From IMG/VR virus record IMGVR_UViG_3300027759_000043: a DNA stretch of 64,000 nt. One strand, written 5' to 3'. The position numbers and the translations under genes were made by a program. This DNA comes from a virus (lineage: Duplodnaviria; Caudoviricetes). The stretch's first letter is position 1. Every line of letters begins with the position of its first letter. A model generated the notes under the pieces. It did not search any database and was not told the DNA's origin. It saw only the letters and a program-made list of their open reading frames with translations. Below, in pieces: positions 55,803-64,000 of this stretch.

Positions 55803-57449
55803 TTATCCTGGGTTGCCGTCTTTGACTATGCGCTGTGGTCCTGTACGTATGCCAGGAAGTGCAGTGCCTTGATTATTATTTGTACCGGCTGCTGAAGCGG
55901 CTCTTGCAACTGCCAATGCCTGTACATCATTTTTGCCTGCTTTACGGGCTTCAACATAGGCAGGTGATCCACGTAACTCAGCATCAGCCGCGGTGGCCGG
56001 CACATCAACTGGATTCAAAATCTGTTGCACACCTTTGGCCAAACCAGTCTGTTGAGATGCCACTGCTTTGTTTCGTGTTTCTTGTTGTTGCTGTCTTTGT
56101 TGAGCGACCCGAGCCGTGTTGTCAACTGGTGTTGTGGTTTCACGCACTGTTGGCTGTGCCTGTTCAGTTTTGTCATATGTGACCCATGTCCCGCGTAACT
56201 CTTGTGTGAATTTACCACTTTTAAATGTGGACACTGCATCTAATGCCATGTATATAGTTGACACTGTGTTGAGTCCATCACTGCCCACAGTTGAGGACGC
56301 TGGGTCTGATGGGTCAATCAATCCAGTTTGTGGATTGTAATCTGCGGGAGTGTTAAAGGTGATTTGAAAATATGCACCGCTGGCAGTGGTATTGATAGCA
56401 CCATCGTTTAAAAAAGGTTTTGCTGAAAATAATCTGTCGGCAGTTACAATGTTTGGTACAGGCAACCAAGCAGGGTCTCCTACTATGGATATTTTTGCTT
56501 CGTGTAAGTCAGAAGTGTAAAGAAAATCAGCGGCGTTGGCCCCGGGCTCATTGGTGAGTTTGTCTCCACCTTGATTGCTTTGATTACTGGCCGGAAACGC
56601 ATTGGTTTTCCATCTCTGCACATACCCCGGATTGATTTGATCATTGACCTTGAGCACACGATTATCTGGTGCTCCTGTGCCTGTCAGTGCCTGAGTCCAT
56701 TGAGCATTATACGATTGTTCAAAACTCAAAACTGAATTGTTTTCGCCTGTGAACCAATATTGATAAGATTTGTGTACTCCTCTGTATTTTCCTGACGGAA
56801 AATATGTACTCAGCATGGGAGTTTCAAAAGGTACAATTGTAAATGTCATGCGATAAGCATAGTCATTTCGCAAGTTGTCATACTCAAGTTGTTTTATATC
56901 ACATAGAATTTGAAACCAGGCAAACTGTTCTGCCTGTTGCTGGCGTGTTTGCGGTTGAAATTTGCCGGTTGATTGATTCCAAATCTGTGTGGATTGATTT
57001 TGTATGTAGGTACTGCCTCTTATGGTCTGTTCAATAAATTGTACAATTTGTTGTCCAACAGTGGCTGCTCTTGCTCGAGATTTTGGATTCATGCTCTGCT
57101 TGCTGGGCAATAGTCTGTCGGCTGCGGTGCCACCGTTGGCCCCAACTGCTAGTGCTTTGTCAAGACCTTCGCCGGTCACCATTGATGCATCAGCAATAAT
57201 ACTGTCGCCAAATTTTATTTCATACACGTCAACTTGTTCAATTTTTCCAATTTTTAACAAATTCAGTTGATCATTGTTCAATGCTGCCACAAGACCTGTG
57301 CCCACTGTGTTTGTAGAAGGTTTGGGAGCGGCAGCGGCGTTGGGTGGTGCGGTGGTTGTGCTTGCAGTAATAGGATTTCCGTATACTCCTTCTGAATTTG
57401 GGTTCAGTGCTCTAGAATATCTTTGTCCAGGTGTAAGTGTAGTTGCCAT
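55803..57449 (-). CDS. baseplate hub-like protein, C-terminal part
   Basis: Y.FTGEN..VL.F; ISIVGDPAWL; FQITFNTPADY; FKSGKFTQELRG; own AGGAGG RBS. Confidence 0.6.
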   Translation of the reverse strand: MATTLTPGQRYSRALNPNSEGVYGNPITASTTTAPPNAAAAPKPSTNTVGTGLVAALNNDQLNLLKIGKIEQVDVYEIKFGDSIIADASMVTGEGLDKALAVGANGGTAADRLLPSKQSMNPKSRARAATVGQQIVQFIEQTIRGSTYIQNQSTQIWNQSTGKFQPQTRQQQAEQFAWFQILCDIKQLEYDNLRNDYAYRMTFTIVPFETPMLSTYFPSGKYRGVHKSYQYWFTGENNSVLSFEQSYNAQWTQALTGTGAPDNRVLKVNDQINPGYVQRWKTNAFPASNQSNQGGDKLTNEPGANAADFLYTSDLHEAKISIVGDPAWLPVPNIVTADRLFSAKPFLNDGAINTTASGAYFQITFNTPADYNPQTGLIDPSDPASSTVGSDGLNTVSTIYMALDAVSTFKSGKFTQELRGTWVTYDKTEQAQPTVRETTTPVDNTARVAQQRQQQQETRNKAVASQQTGLAKGVQQILNPVDVPATAADAELRGSPAYVEARKAGKNDVQALAVARAASAAGTNNNQGTALPGIRTGPQRIVKDGNPG

Positions 57450-58981
57450 TATAGTCCTCCTGCCCCAAATGCCACACCCTGGGGGTTAAAGGTGTTGGGA
57501 TCATTGCCTGTGTTGTTTGGCGGCGCAGAGACGATTGGTACACCATTTCTTGTGTTATCACCTGCTGCCTGGCTTGCTGTCTGCTGTTTGATTTGTCCAA
57601 CCAAGATATCTTTAACTGTGTTTCCTGTAAATTGTGCGTTAAAAGGAATGCTACCTCGATTGGTACTGTATCCAATTCCAGTTTCGGGTGTGGCTCCTTC
57701 TATTTTGTACTCCATCAGTTTACTGCCCATAGCATAATCAAATCTGTTCATTTGAAAAAAGATAAATTTTTCCACGGCTGCCTTGGGATCTGTGCTGCCA
57801 ACATTGTTGGTTATGGGTACAACCAGTTCACCTCTGTCGTTGTATCCATAGAAACGTATGACCATGCAGTACATTCCAGCGGCATAATTTGCTCGCAGAT
57901 CAGGTTTATTAGATTTTGCAAACATGTCTTGAACTGCGTTGTATAAATTTCTTGGCAAAGTAAATCCGTTGGGTTCACTAATTGTAAAGGACAAGTTAAT
58001 TACTTTTATAGGGCCGCCACTGGCAGACGTACCAGGATAGGCTGTGTGAATCACTAGATTGTCTATGTAATAATCTAGATTGAAGAAAGGGCTTCGAGAA
58101 GCACCAACTGGAGCAGTTGGTCCAGTGGCCGATTGTGTCACTCCACTTTGTACAAAATTTATATCCATGGGCATGGTATAACCGCTGGTGCCTGGGCTGT
58201 TTCCGGCTCCGCCACTTTGTGCCAGCAAGTAATATCCGTTGAGATTTTTTTTAATTTGATCAACAGTGACGTTGTAGGCCACTGGGTCTACCAGATACCA
58301 ACTGAGCGAGTAGGTATAACTGTAATAATCGTCAAGCACATTAGATTTTGAAGTTATAAAATTATTTTTGGCCGCATAGAGATTATCCAGTTGATTGACC
58401 ACAACTGAAGGTGTTTGTGGGGTGTTGTCATCTCCCCTTGCCCCTGCTCCTGGACCACCGGTGTCTGTTCTGCGAGGGTCATTTGCGGCAAAACCAGCGG
58501 TGGACCGTGCTGGCCCAGCACCAGCATTACTTAGGTTGTTGATGGCTTGTGTTTGAGAGAGTGGCCTTACGTTGGCATCTGTACCGTTTGTGGGGTTGCG
58601 TTCGCTTGTGGGAGTTGCTTGAGCATTTGTGCCTGCTGGCGCCCCTTCAGGCACAATGCGACCAGTAGGAGTGATTACTTCTTGACCAGTAGGTGGGCGG
58701 TTAGCATTGGCCCCTTCATCTCGAGCCAGGTTAGCATTGCCCACAATGGCGCCTGAACTGGCCACTGGCTGTGCGGCAAAATTATTGAACTCAATTAAAA
58801 ATGTGTTTAATTGCTGTTGCAGGCCGGCTAGATAGGTTCGGCCGCTTTCAATTTGCTGTTGTAATCTTGTGTTGCCGGGATTTTGTGCCAGTGAGGCTTC
58901 GTCTCTAGCAATGTTTGCTACGGTTTGTTTGATTGCGGCTTGAATTCTCGCTACGTCAGCGGCCCAAGGATTGCTTGCCAT
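57449..58981 (-). CDS. baseplate hub-like protein, N-terminal part
   Basis: NVLDDYYSYTYSLSWYL, YYIDNL, FTISEPNGFTL, IRFYGY; start adjusted to MASNPW. Confidence 0.6.
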   Translation of the reverse strand: MASNPWAADVARIQAAIKQTVANIARDEASLAQNPGNTRLQQQIESGRTYLAGLQQQLNTFLIEFNNFAAQPVASSGAIVGNANLARDEGANANRPPTGQEVITPTGRIVPEGAPAGTNAQATPTSERNPTNGTDANVRPLSQTQAINNLSNAGAGPARSTAGFAANDPRRTDTGGPGAGARGDDNTPQTPSVVVNQLDNLYAAKNNFITSKSNVLDDYYSYTYSLSWYLVDPVAYNVTVDQIKKNLNGYYLLAQSGGAGNSPGTSGYTMPMDINFVQSGVTQSATGPTAPVGASRSPFFNLDYYIDNLVIHTAYPGTSASGGPIKVINLSFTISEPNGFTLPRNLYNAVQDMFAKSNKPDLRANYAAGMYCMVIRFYGYNDRGELVVPITNNVGSTDPKAAVEKFIFFQMNRFDYAMGSKLMEYKIEGATPETGIGYSTNRGSIPFNAQFTGNTVKDILVGQIKQQTASQAAGDNTRNGVPIVSAPPNNTGNDPNTFNPQGVAFGAGGL

Positions 58982-58983
58982 GT

Positions 58984-59283
58984 TTAGAATCCTAACACAC
59001 TTCTTAGTGTAGTGATTTTGGGTAGATAGATTTGTACGCCAGCCTTGAAGTCCAAGGGAGGGGCAGTGAGTGTGTTGGGATTGCGTTGATAAAACACCCA
59101 CCACAAGGCCGGTGTAGTGTACAAGTCATAGGCCAGGAGGTCTGGCCTGTACTGATAGGTTTGATTGATCAACATGATTTGATCATCAGTTTCTTTGGGT
59201 ATGGGTCTGTTGGTCATTGTGTCCAAAAAGAACTGACTGTATCCTGTGGTATAGTAAGGACTGGTTGCATTGTATGTGGCCAT
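58984..59283 (-). CDS. baseplate wedge protein (T4 gp53/LysM-like)
   Basis: YQYRPDLLAYDLYTTPALWWVFYQRN...DFKAGVQIYLP. Confidence 0.85.
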   Translation of the reverse strand: MATYNATSPYYTTGYSQFFLDTMTNRPIPKETDDQIMLINQTYQYRPDLLAYDLYTTPALWWVFYQRNPNTLTAPPLDFKAGVQIYLPKITTLRSVLGF

Positions 59284-61355
59284 TACCAGAATCCTCCTCT
59301 GAGTAGATTGCCATTGGCATATTCTTTAACGCTGAACTGTTTGCTAACTTGATTGCGTGTTTGTACAGGTAGCAGGGTCAATGAAATCTCCAATTTAGTT
59401 GGTACGTAAGTAGGTTGATTTTCTCCCAGTGTGGGTGGACCAGGTGGGTAGAACAATGCACCTTTGTTTATGCCTTGACTGCTGAAAAGATTTTGTAGTC
59501 GGGCCACTGCACCCGAAATAGGATTGGTTGGCAAGTCTTGTCTGCTTCGACGAGTCAATAAATCGGTACCATTTACATTGATTGATCTTGCACGTATGTA
59601 GTCCACATCACTAGGTAGGTTATAATTAAAACTGGACACCACGCATGGGTGTTGACTGAATTGAAACTCGCCCAGACCTGTCAGGTAAACCAAGGGAGGT
59701 GGTGCTCCACGAAAATCTGTTGTGTCTTGGCCGTAAAACATCTTGGTCACTGAACGGAAGAAATGTATCACCGCCAACAAATACTGCGCTTCAGTTGTGT
59801 CTTGTGCTGTAAATGAAGCCGTCATGTTCACAGCATCTGCATAACTGCTCTTGTAAAAATATCCTTTGTAATTGCTATGGGTTAATGCATAACTTTCGTA
59901 GTCGGCCTTGTAACCTATTTCAATTTTGGGAGTGTACGGAAATATCACTCCACCAGTTTGTCTTAGTGGCCACAATATACCTGGTTGTGGTGCATTGTAT
60001 AGGTATTGAGCGCTGGGAGCCAACTGCAACCGTACTCGCCAGTCACTGTTGTTGGGGATACGTCTTTGAGTGGCCACCACCTGCTGGCGTTGTGCCAGTT
60101 GGCGACCCACTTCCGCAGCCGCTGCCGCCTCTTGTTCAGCATCAGGATTGGCACCAAAGAATGGTGCGGTGGCAGTTGTGGCGGTTGTGGTTGCTATACC
60201 TGCTGTGTTAGCATTGACTGCCGCGGCAGTGGTAGTTGGATTCACTGCCGCACCAGTGGCAGCGGTTGCTGTGACGTTGGGATCAACGTTGATCGGAACC
60301 ACAGTGGTGTTTGAAGGACCAGTACTGTCTCGATATACTGCGGCGTTCTCGTTGATGCTTGCTTCGTTGAATTGTATTGTGTCTTGTGTGGTAGTAATGT
60401 AGGCTTGATTTTCAGTTACGCTTTGTGTTTGGTTAAAAATATTTTGTACCTGAGCGGCGTTGTTGGCTTCAAGTTCTGCTCGGCGTTCTGCACTGATGTT
60501 AGGATCGGCCAACTCAGCATTTTGCTGTGCAATAATACTTTCACTATCCACAATTTTTTGTTGTGCTGACTGAATAGTTTGATTTGCGGTTGCAATGCCT
60601 GCAGTACCTCTGGCAATTGCGGCACCAGCCTCCTCAATGTTTGTCAAGAAAGGATTAGGAGTTTCTGAATAAGAATTTTGGCGGGCGGCCGCGGCCACTG
60701 TCTGGCGGTATTCTGTGCGTGGTCCTACTTCTGGATCAGCAACAGCAGTGGGTGCCAGATTTGTTGGGGTGTGATTGAACTGATTAATTCTAAGTTGTTG
60801 TTCTTGAGTAATTGCTACATTTGCAGGCAGTAGTTGTCGTCCTTGTGAATTAACAGGATACGATAGTCCTGTTACCGGATTGAACGCAACACCGTTTGAA
60901 TCAACATACACAGATACTGGTGCGGCAGATGTGTTGACAGCGTATTTTGGGTTTTCTACCCATTCACCATTTGCATCTTTAATAAACGAATCTGGCGGGC
61001 CAGCAAGATTGCTTTGGCCCGGTTTCACTGCTGTGGCAGTTTTATTCACTGCATTCTGGACAGTTTGTGCAGTTGGTGTGTTGGGATCAACAAAGTTGTT
61101 GATAAATGCTGGATTGATATTTCTTGTTATTTGTGCTGTTTGTTCAGCATTGAGAATGTTTAAACCGTATGCATCTTGAGTAGGGTTTGCGGCTGTGTCT
61201 GTTATTTGTCCTGGATAGGTGTCGTCCCACCAGGCGGGATTGCCGGCCTCATCAGCCACCTGTTCACCTGAGTTGTCTTCTGTTACAGCACCGTCCGGCT
61301 GTATTTCTGCAGGCACATCTTCGGGTGCGGTCCAGATAAAATTTTCTTCATCCAT
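59283..61355 (-). CDS. tail-tube initiator-like baseplate protein (gp48/gp54-like C-terminus) with long low-complexity N-terminus
   Basis: DWRVRLQL...GVIFPYTP...HSNY...FTAQDTTEAQYLLAVIHFFRSVTKMFYG...PPPLVYL...HPCVV. Confidence 0.7.
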   Translation of the reverse strand: MDEENFIWTAPEDVPAEIQPDGAVTEDNSGEQVADEAGNPAWWDDTYPGQITDTAANPTQDAYGLNILNAEQTAQITRNINPAFINNFVDPNTPTAQTVQNAVNKTATAVKPGQSNLAGPPDSFIKDANGEWVENPKYAVNTSAAPVSVYVDSNGVAFNPVTGLSYPVNSQGRQLLPANVAITQEQQLRINQFNHTPTNLAPTAVADPEVGPRTEYRQTVAAAARQNSYSETPNPFLTNIEEAGAAIARGTAGIATANQTIQSAQQKIVDSESIIAQQNAELADPNISAERRAELEANNAAQVQNIFNQTQSVTENQAYITTTQDTIQFNEASINENAAVYRDSTGPSNTTVVPINVDPNVTATAATGAAVNPTTTAAAVNANTAGIATTTATTATAPFFGANPDAEQEAAAAAEVGRQLAQRQQVVATQRRIPNNSDWRVRLQLAPSAQYLYNAPQPGILWPLRQTGGVIFPYTPKIEIGYKADYESYALTHSNYKGYFYKSSYADAVNMTASFTAQDTTEAQYLLAVIHFFRSVTKMFYGQDTTDFRGAPPPLVYLTGLGEFQFSQHPCVVSSFNYNLPSDVDYIRARSINVNGTDLLTRRSRQDLPTNPISGAVARLQNLFSSQGINKGALFYPPGPPTLGENQPTYVPTKLEISLTLLPVQTRNQVSKQFSVKEYANGNLLRGGFW

Positions 61356-61373
61356 GTTTGTTCCTTGACCCTG

Positions 61374-61379
61374 TATTTA
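61374..61379 (-). promoter_or_regulatory. late promoter core TAAATA at the head of the baseplate operon
   Basis: GGTAAATA upstream of an AAGGA RBS and ATG 61355. Confidence 0.55.
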
Positions 61380-61411
61380 CCCAAAAAATTAACTGCTATG
61401 TTTATAAAAGG

Positions 61412-61439
61412 TTGACAAGTACTAAGAATGTGTTACAAT
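61412..61439 (+). promoter_or_regulatory. sigma70 promoter for the late-sigma gene
   Basis: TTGACA, 16-bp spacer, TGt-TACAAT; AAGGA RBS. Confidence 0.75.
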
Positions 61440-61466
61440 AAGTAATATTTTAAAGGAATCCAGTTA

Positions 61467-62360
61467 ATGACTGTAACTGTACGTGCTACACCCAAAACAA
61501 ACTATCTCAACAATAGAGATATCCTCAAAGAGATTCACCTAAGTAAAAACACCTACTGCACTTTTCGAGACCCTGCGCTGGATCATCAATTTGACATCAT
61601 CTTGCCCAGTGTCAGTAAGATCAATCAAAAGACTGTGGCTGAGGCTAGACGTAATCGAGCAGATCGTCTCAAACGCGAAGGTACTATAGTGGATCCCAAA
61701 AAGATACCCAACACAGACATTGTGTTCCGTATCACTTGTTGGGATCATATTCCCATGGCCGCCAAGAAGATCACCAAGGCTGAAGCCAAAAAGCGCCGGT
61801 TAGAAGACCTGTTGGAACTGGATGATGTTGTAGAAGATCCATTAGCGGACCTTGTGGAGGAGCCAATTTTGAATCCTACTCACATGCGAGTTAACTTTCC
61901 CCCGTTCTGGCATTACAGAATTGATGACAACAAGGTGCCGTTTGTGGTGGGTAAAAGCCACTGGCGGGGTGACTTAGACACAGGCGAGTTCTGTAAAGAA
62001 CATGGCAAAATGACTCGAACTTTGGCCAACATGTTCATGAAACTATGCGAAAGATATGCTACAAGGAGTAACTGGCGTGGGTACACATACAACGAAGAAA
62101 TGCGGGGACAAGCCCTGTTGCAACTCAGTCAAATCGGATTGCAGTTTGACGAGTCAAAATCGCAGAACCCTTTTGCGTATTATACTGCCGCTATCACTAA
62201 TAGTTTCACTCGTATCCTAAACATTGAAAAGAAAAATCAAAACATTCGAGACGACATTTTGGAAATGAACGGGCTCAATCCTTCATGGACTCGCCAGAAC
62301 TCAGGCAAACACAGCATGGCTGCCATGTCCGGACCGGTTGTATCTAGTCTTGATGAGTAG
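61467..62360 (+). CDS. late transcription sigma factor (T4 gp55-like)
   Basis: NYLNNRDILKEI...NWRGYTYNEEM...FDESKSQNPFAYYTAAITNSFTRILNIEKK. Confidence 0.85.
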   Translation: MTVTVRATPKTNYLNNRDILKEIHLSKNTYCTFRDPALDHQFDIILPSVSKINQKTVAEARRNRADRLKREGTIVDPKKIPNTDIVFRITCWDHIPMAAKKITKAEAKKRRLEDLLELDDVVEDPLADLVEEPILNPTHMRVNFPPFWHYRIDDNKVPFVVGKSHWRGDLDTGEFCKEHGKMTRTLANMFMKLCERYATRSNWRGYTYNEEMRGQALLQLSQIGLQFDESKSQNPFAYYTAAITNSFTRILNIEKKNQNIRDDILEMNGLNPSWTRQNSGKHSMAAMSGPVVSSLDE

Positions 62361-62366
62361 TATAAT
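62338..62366 (+). promoter_or_regulatory. sigma70 promoter for the gp47-like gene (likely leaderless)
   Basis: TTGTAT, 17-bp spacer, TATAAT; ATG 6 nt downstream. Confidence 0.6.
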
Positions 62367-62372
62367 AGCAGG

Positions 62373-63389
62373 ATGACTAACCTATTTCGTAAAGCCGCGG
62401 TCTTCACAGACATTCACTTTGGCTTGAAAAGCAACAGCACTCAACACAACGAGGACTGCCTGAACTTTGTAAAATGGGCCACTGCCAAGGCCCGATCAGA
62501 AGGTTGTGAAACCTGTTTGTTTCTTGGCGACTGGCACAACAACCGTGCCAGCCTAAATATTGTTACCCTAAACTACAGCCTCAGGGCACTGGAGCACATG
62601 AATGATAATTTTGAAAACGTGTATTTCATTCCTGGTAATCATGATTTGTATTATCGAGATAAGCGCGACATACAAAGTGTGGAATGGGCAAAGCATCTCC
62701 CTCGCGTACAGATATGCAACGATTGGTTTAGCAGTGGCGACGTTGTCATTGCTCCTTGGCTTGTAGCCGATGACCACAAACGCATACCCAAACTAAAGGG
62801 CAAGTACATGTTTGGGCACTTTGAACTACCTGGGTACATGATGAACGCCATGGTAGAGATGCCGGATCACGGCGAAGTGCGCAGGGAAGACTTCAACAAC
62901 TTTGAGCATGTGTTCACTGGACACTTTCACAAGCGTCAGACCAAAAAGAACATTACCTACATTGGCAATTGTTTCCCACACAACTATGCCGACGCCGGAG
63001 ACGACGAACGTGGCTTGACCATTATTGAATGGGGACAAGATCCTGTGTATCATGCCTGGCCTGATCAACCTAGATATCGTGTGCTAGGCCTGGCCAGCAT
63101 CATTGATAATGCACCCACCTTACTTGCAAAAGACATGCATGTGCGTGTGCAACTAGATATTGAAATATCATATGAAGAAGCCAATTTTATCAAAGAAACC
63201 TATATTAAAGAATACGGGCTAAGAGAGATGGCTTTGATACCCAACAAGAACTCATCTGTGGACACTGACATGGCGCCAGGTGAAGTCAAATTTGAATCAG
63301 TGGATCAGATTGTTACTGATCAAATTACCAATATTGATTCAGAATTCTACGACAACAAGTTATTGTTGAAGATCTATCAGACTCTATGA
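62373..63389 (+). CDS. recombination endonuclease subunit (T4 gp47 / Mre11 / SbcD-like)
   Basis: FTDIHFG, LGDWHN, PGNHD, FGHFEL, TGHFHKR metallophosphoesterase motifs. Confidence 0.92.
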   Translation: MTNLFRKAAVFTDIHFGLKSNSTQHNEDCLNFVKWATAKARSEGCETCLFLGDWHNNRASLNIVTLNYSLRALEHMNDNFENVYFIPGNHDLYYRDKRDIQSVEWAKHLPRVQICNDWFSSGDVVIAPWLVADDHKRIPKLKGKYMFGHFELPGYMMNAMVEMPDHGEVRREDFNNFEHVFTGHFHKRQTKKNITYIGNCFPHNYADAGDDERGLTIIEWGQDPVYHAWPDQPRYRVLGLASIIDNAPTLLAKDMHVRVQLDIEISYEEANFIKETYIKEYGLREMALIPNKNSSVDTDMAPGEVKFESVDQIVTDQITNIDSEFYDNKLLLKIYQTL

Positions 63390-64000
63390 GTGAACCAACT
63401 ATCAACAACCATCACGTAGTTATTGCAAGTGTGCCTTTGGTCGAAGGTATGCATGCCCCAATGGCTGCTCCGGCTGTGTTAAAAGCGTCATTATCCCGGG
63501 CCAACATCAAATCAACAGCCATTGATCTCAACATAGAAGTTTTAGTCAAAATTAGATCACATCCTGAACAAGATAATCTTAAGAAATTTTTCAAAACACA
63601 AGGTGCCGACGATTGGGTTGTACAAGAAATATCTAAAATATTGTTTTATTGTGCCAATCGAATAGTTAAAGAAAAACCAACTATTATTGCACTAAGTTTG
63701 TTAACCTATGAGTGTCAAAATTTTACTGCATGGTTATGTTTGATACTTAGACAACTGTGCCCTAACGTAAAAATTGTAATTGGGGGTCCAGGAATTAAAT
63801 TTCAAGTGGCCAATATAAATGATCGTTTTCGTAACGTTATTAAAAACAGAGGCCTTGTTGATGATTGGATAGCCGGCGATGGCGATCAGGCTCTAATAGA
63901 ATATGTCAAAGGCAATTTTAACTATCCTGGAATAAATTCCGACATATGGCAACCTGTTAAAGATCTTGATTCTTTGCCTTACCCAGACTGGTCAGACTAT
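63386..64000 (+). CDS. cobalamin-binding domain of a class B radical-SAM-type enzyme (partial, runs off the window)
   Basis: Open frame from an ATGA overlap to the window end: ...AIDLNIE...IIALSLLTYE...KIVIGGPG...IAGDGD...DLDSLPYPDWSDY. Confidence 0.75.
   Translation, partial: MSEPTINNHHVVIASVPLVEGMHAPMAAPAVLKASLSRANIKSTAIDLNIEVLVKIRSHPEQDNLKKFFKTQGADDWVVQEISKILFYCANRIVKEKPTIIALSLLTYECQNFTAWLCLILRQLCPNVKIVIGGPGIKFQVANINDRFRNVIKNRGLVDDWIAGDGDQALIEYVKGNFNYPGINSDIWQPVKDLDSLPYPDWSDY

Noticed and set aside
57440-57460. Programmed frameshift or read-through joining the two hub-like ORFs; the TATAAT at the junction as a promoter
   Set aside because: No slippery heptamer is evident, and a strong AGGAGG RBS supports independent re-initiation; the TATAAT overlaps the stop/start codons and lacks a -35
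59283-61355. Tape measure protein
   Set aside because: The low-complexity N-terminus is too short and the C-terminus matches tube-initiator-like motifs; no long helical repeat region
1-64000. CRISPR array, IS/transposase, integrase, intron or intein, diversity-generating retroelement
   Set aside because: No regularly spaced repeats, transposase/integrase/RT motifs or intein-sized insertions were seen by eye; a computational search was not possible
1-64000. Stop-codon reassignment (alternative genetic code), as seen in some jumbo phages
   Set aside because: Genes up to 4153 aa are open in the standard code, tile with high density, and end in TAA, TGA or TAG at coupled junctions

Overview
This 64-kb window is part of a large T4-related (jumbo) myophage genome, not a cellular chromosome. 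(1) 1-9.2 kb, + strand: host-takeover and early genes. These include a circularly permuted two-piece tmRNA (tag ANDSQFALAA), a class I glutamine amidotransferase, a phage copy of RNA polymerase omega (rpoZ), a MoxR AAA ATPase/VWA-metallopeptidase pair and thyX. (2) 9.2-33.4 kb: a ~24-kb sugar and radical-chemistry island. It holds an NDP-sugar epimerase, a DegT aminotransferase, a NodU/CmcH carbamoyltransferase, six radical SAM enzymes, five paralogous GT10-like 'TEK' proteins, several GT-A-like and SGNH-like proteins, and has its own sigma70 promoter. (3) 33.5-61.4 kb, - strand: a baseplate/tail operon with fibre proteins, a 4153-aa protein carrying seven FG-GAP-like repeats, and gp6-, gp25-, gp5-, hub-, gp53- and gp48/54-like genes under TAAATA late promoters. 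(4) 61.4-64 kb, + strand: gp55-like late sigma factor, gp47-like nuclease and a truncated B12-binding radical-SAM-type ORF. The strongest leads are the permuted tmRNA, the modification island and frequent apparently leaderless transcripts. All functional calls come from visual motif recognition only; no database searches were run.
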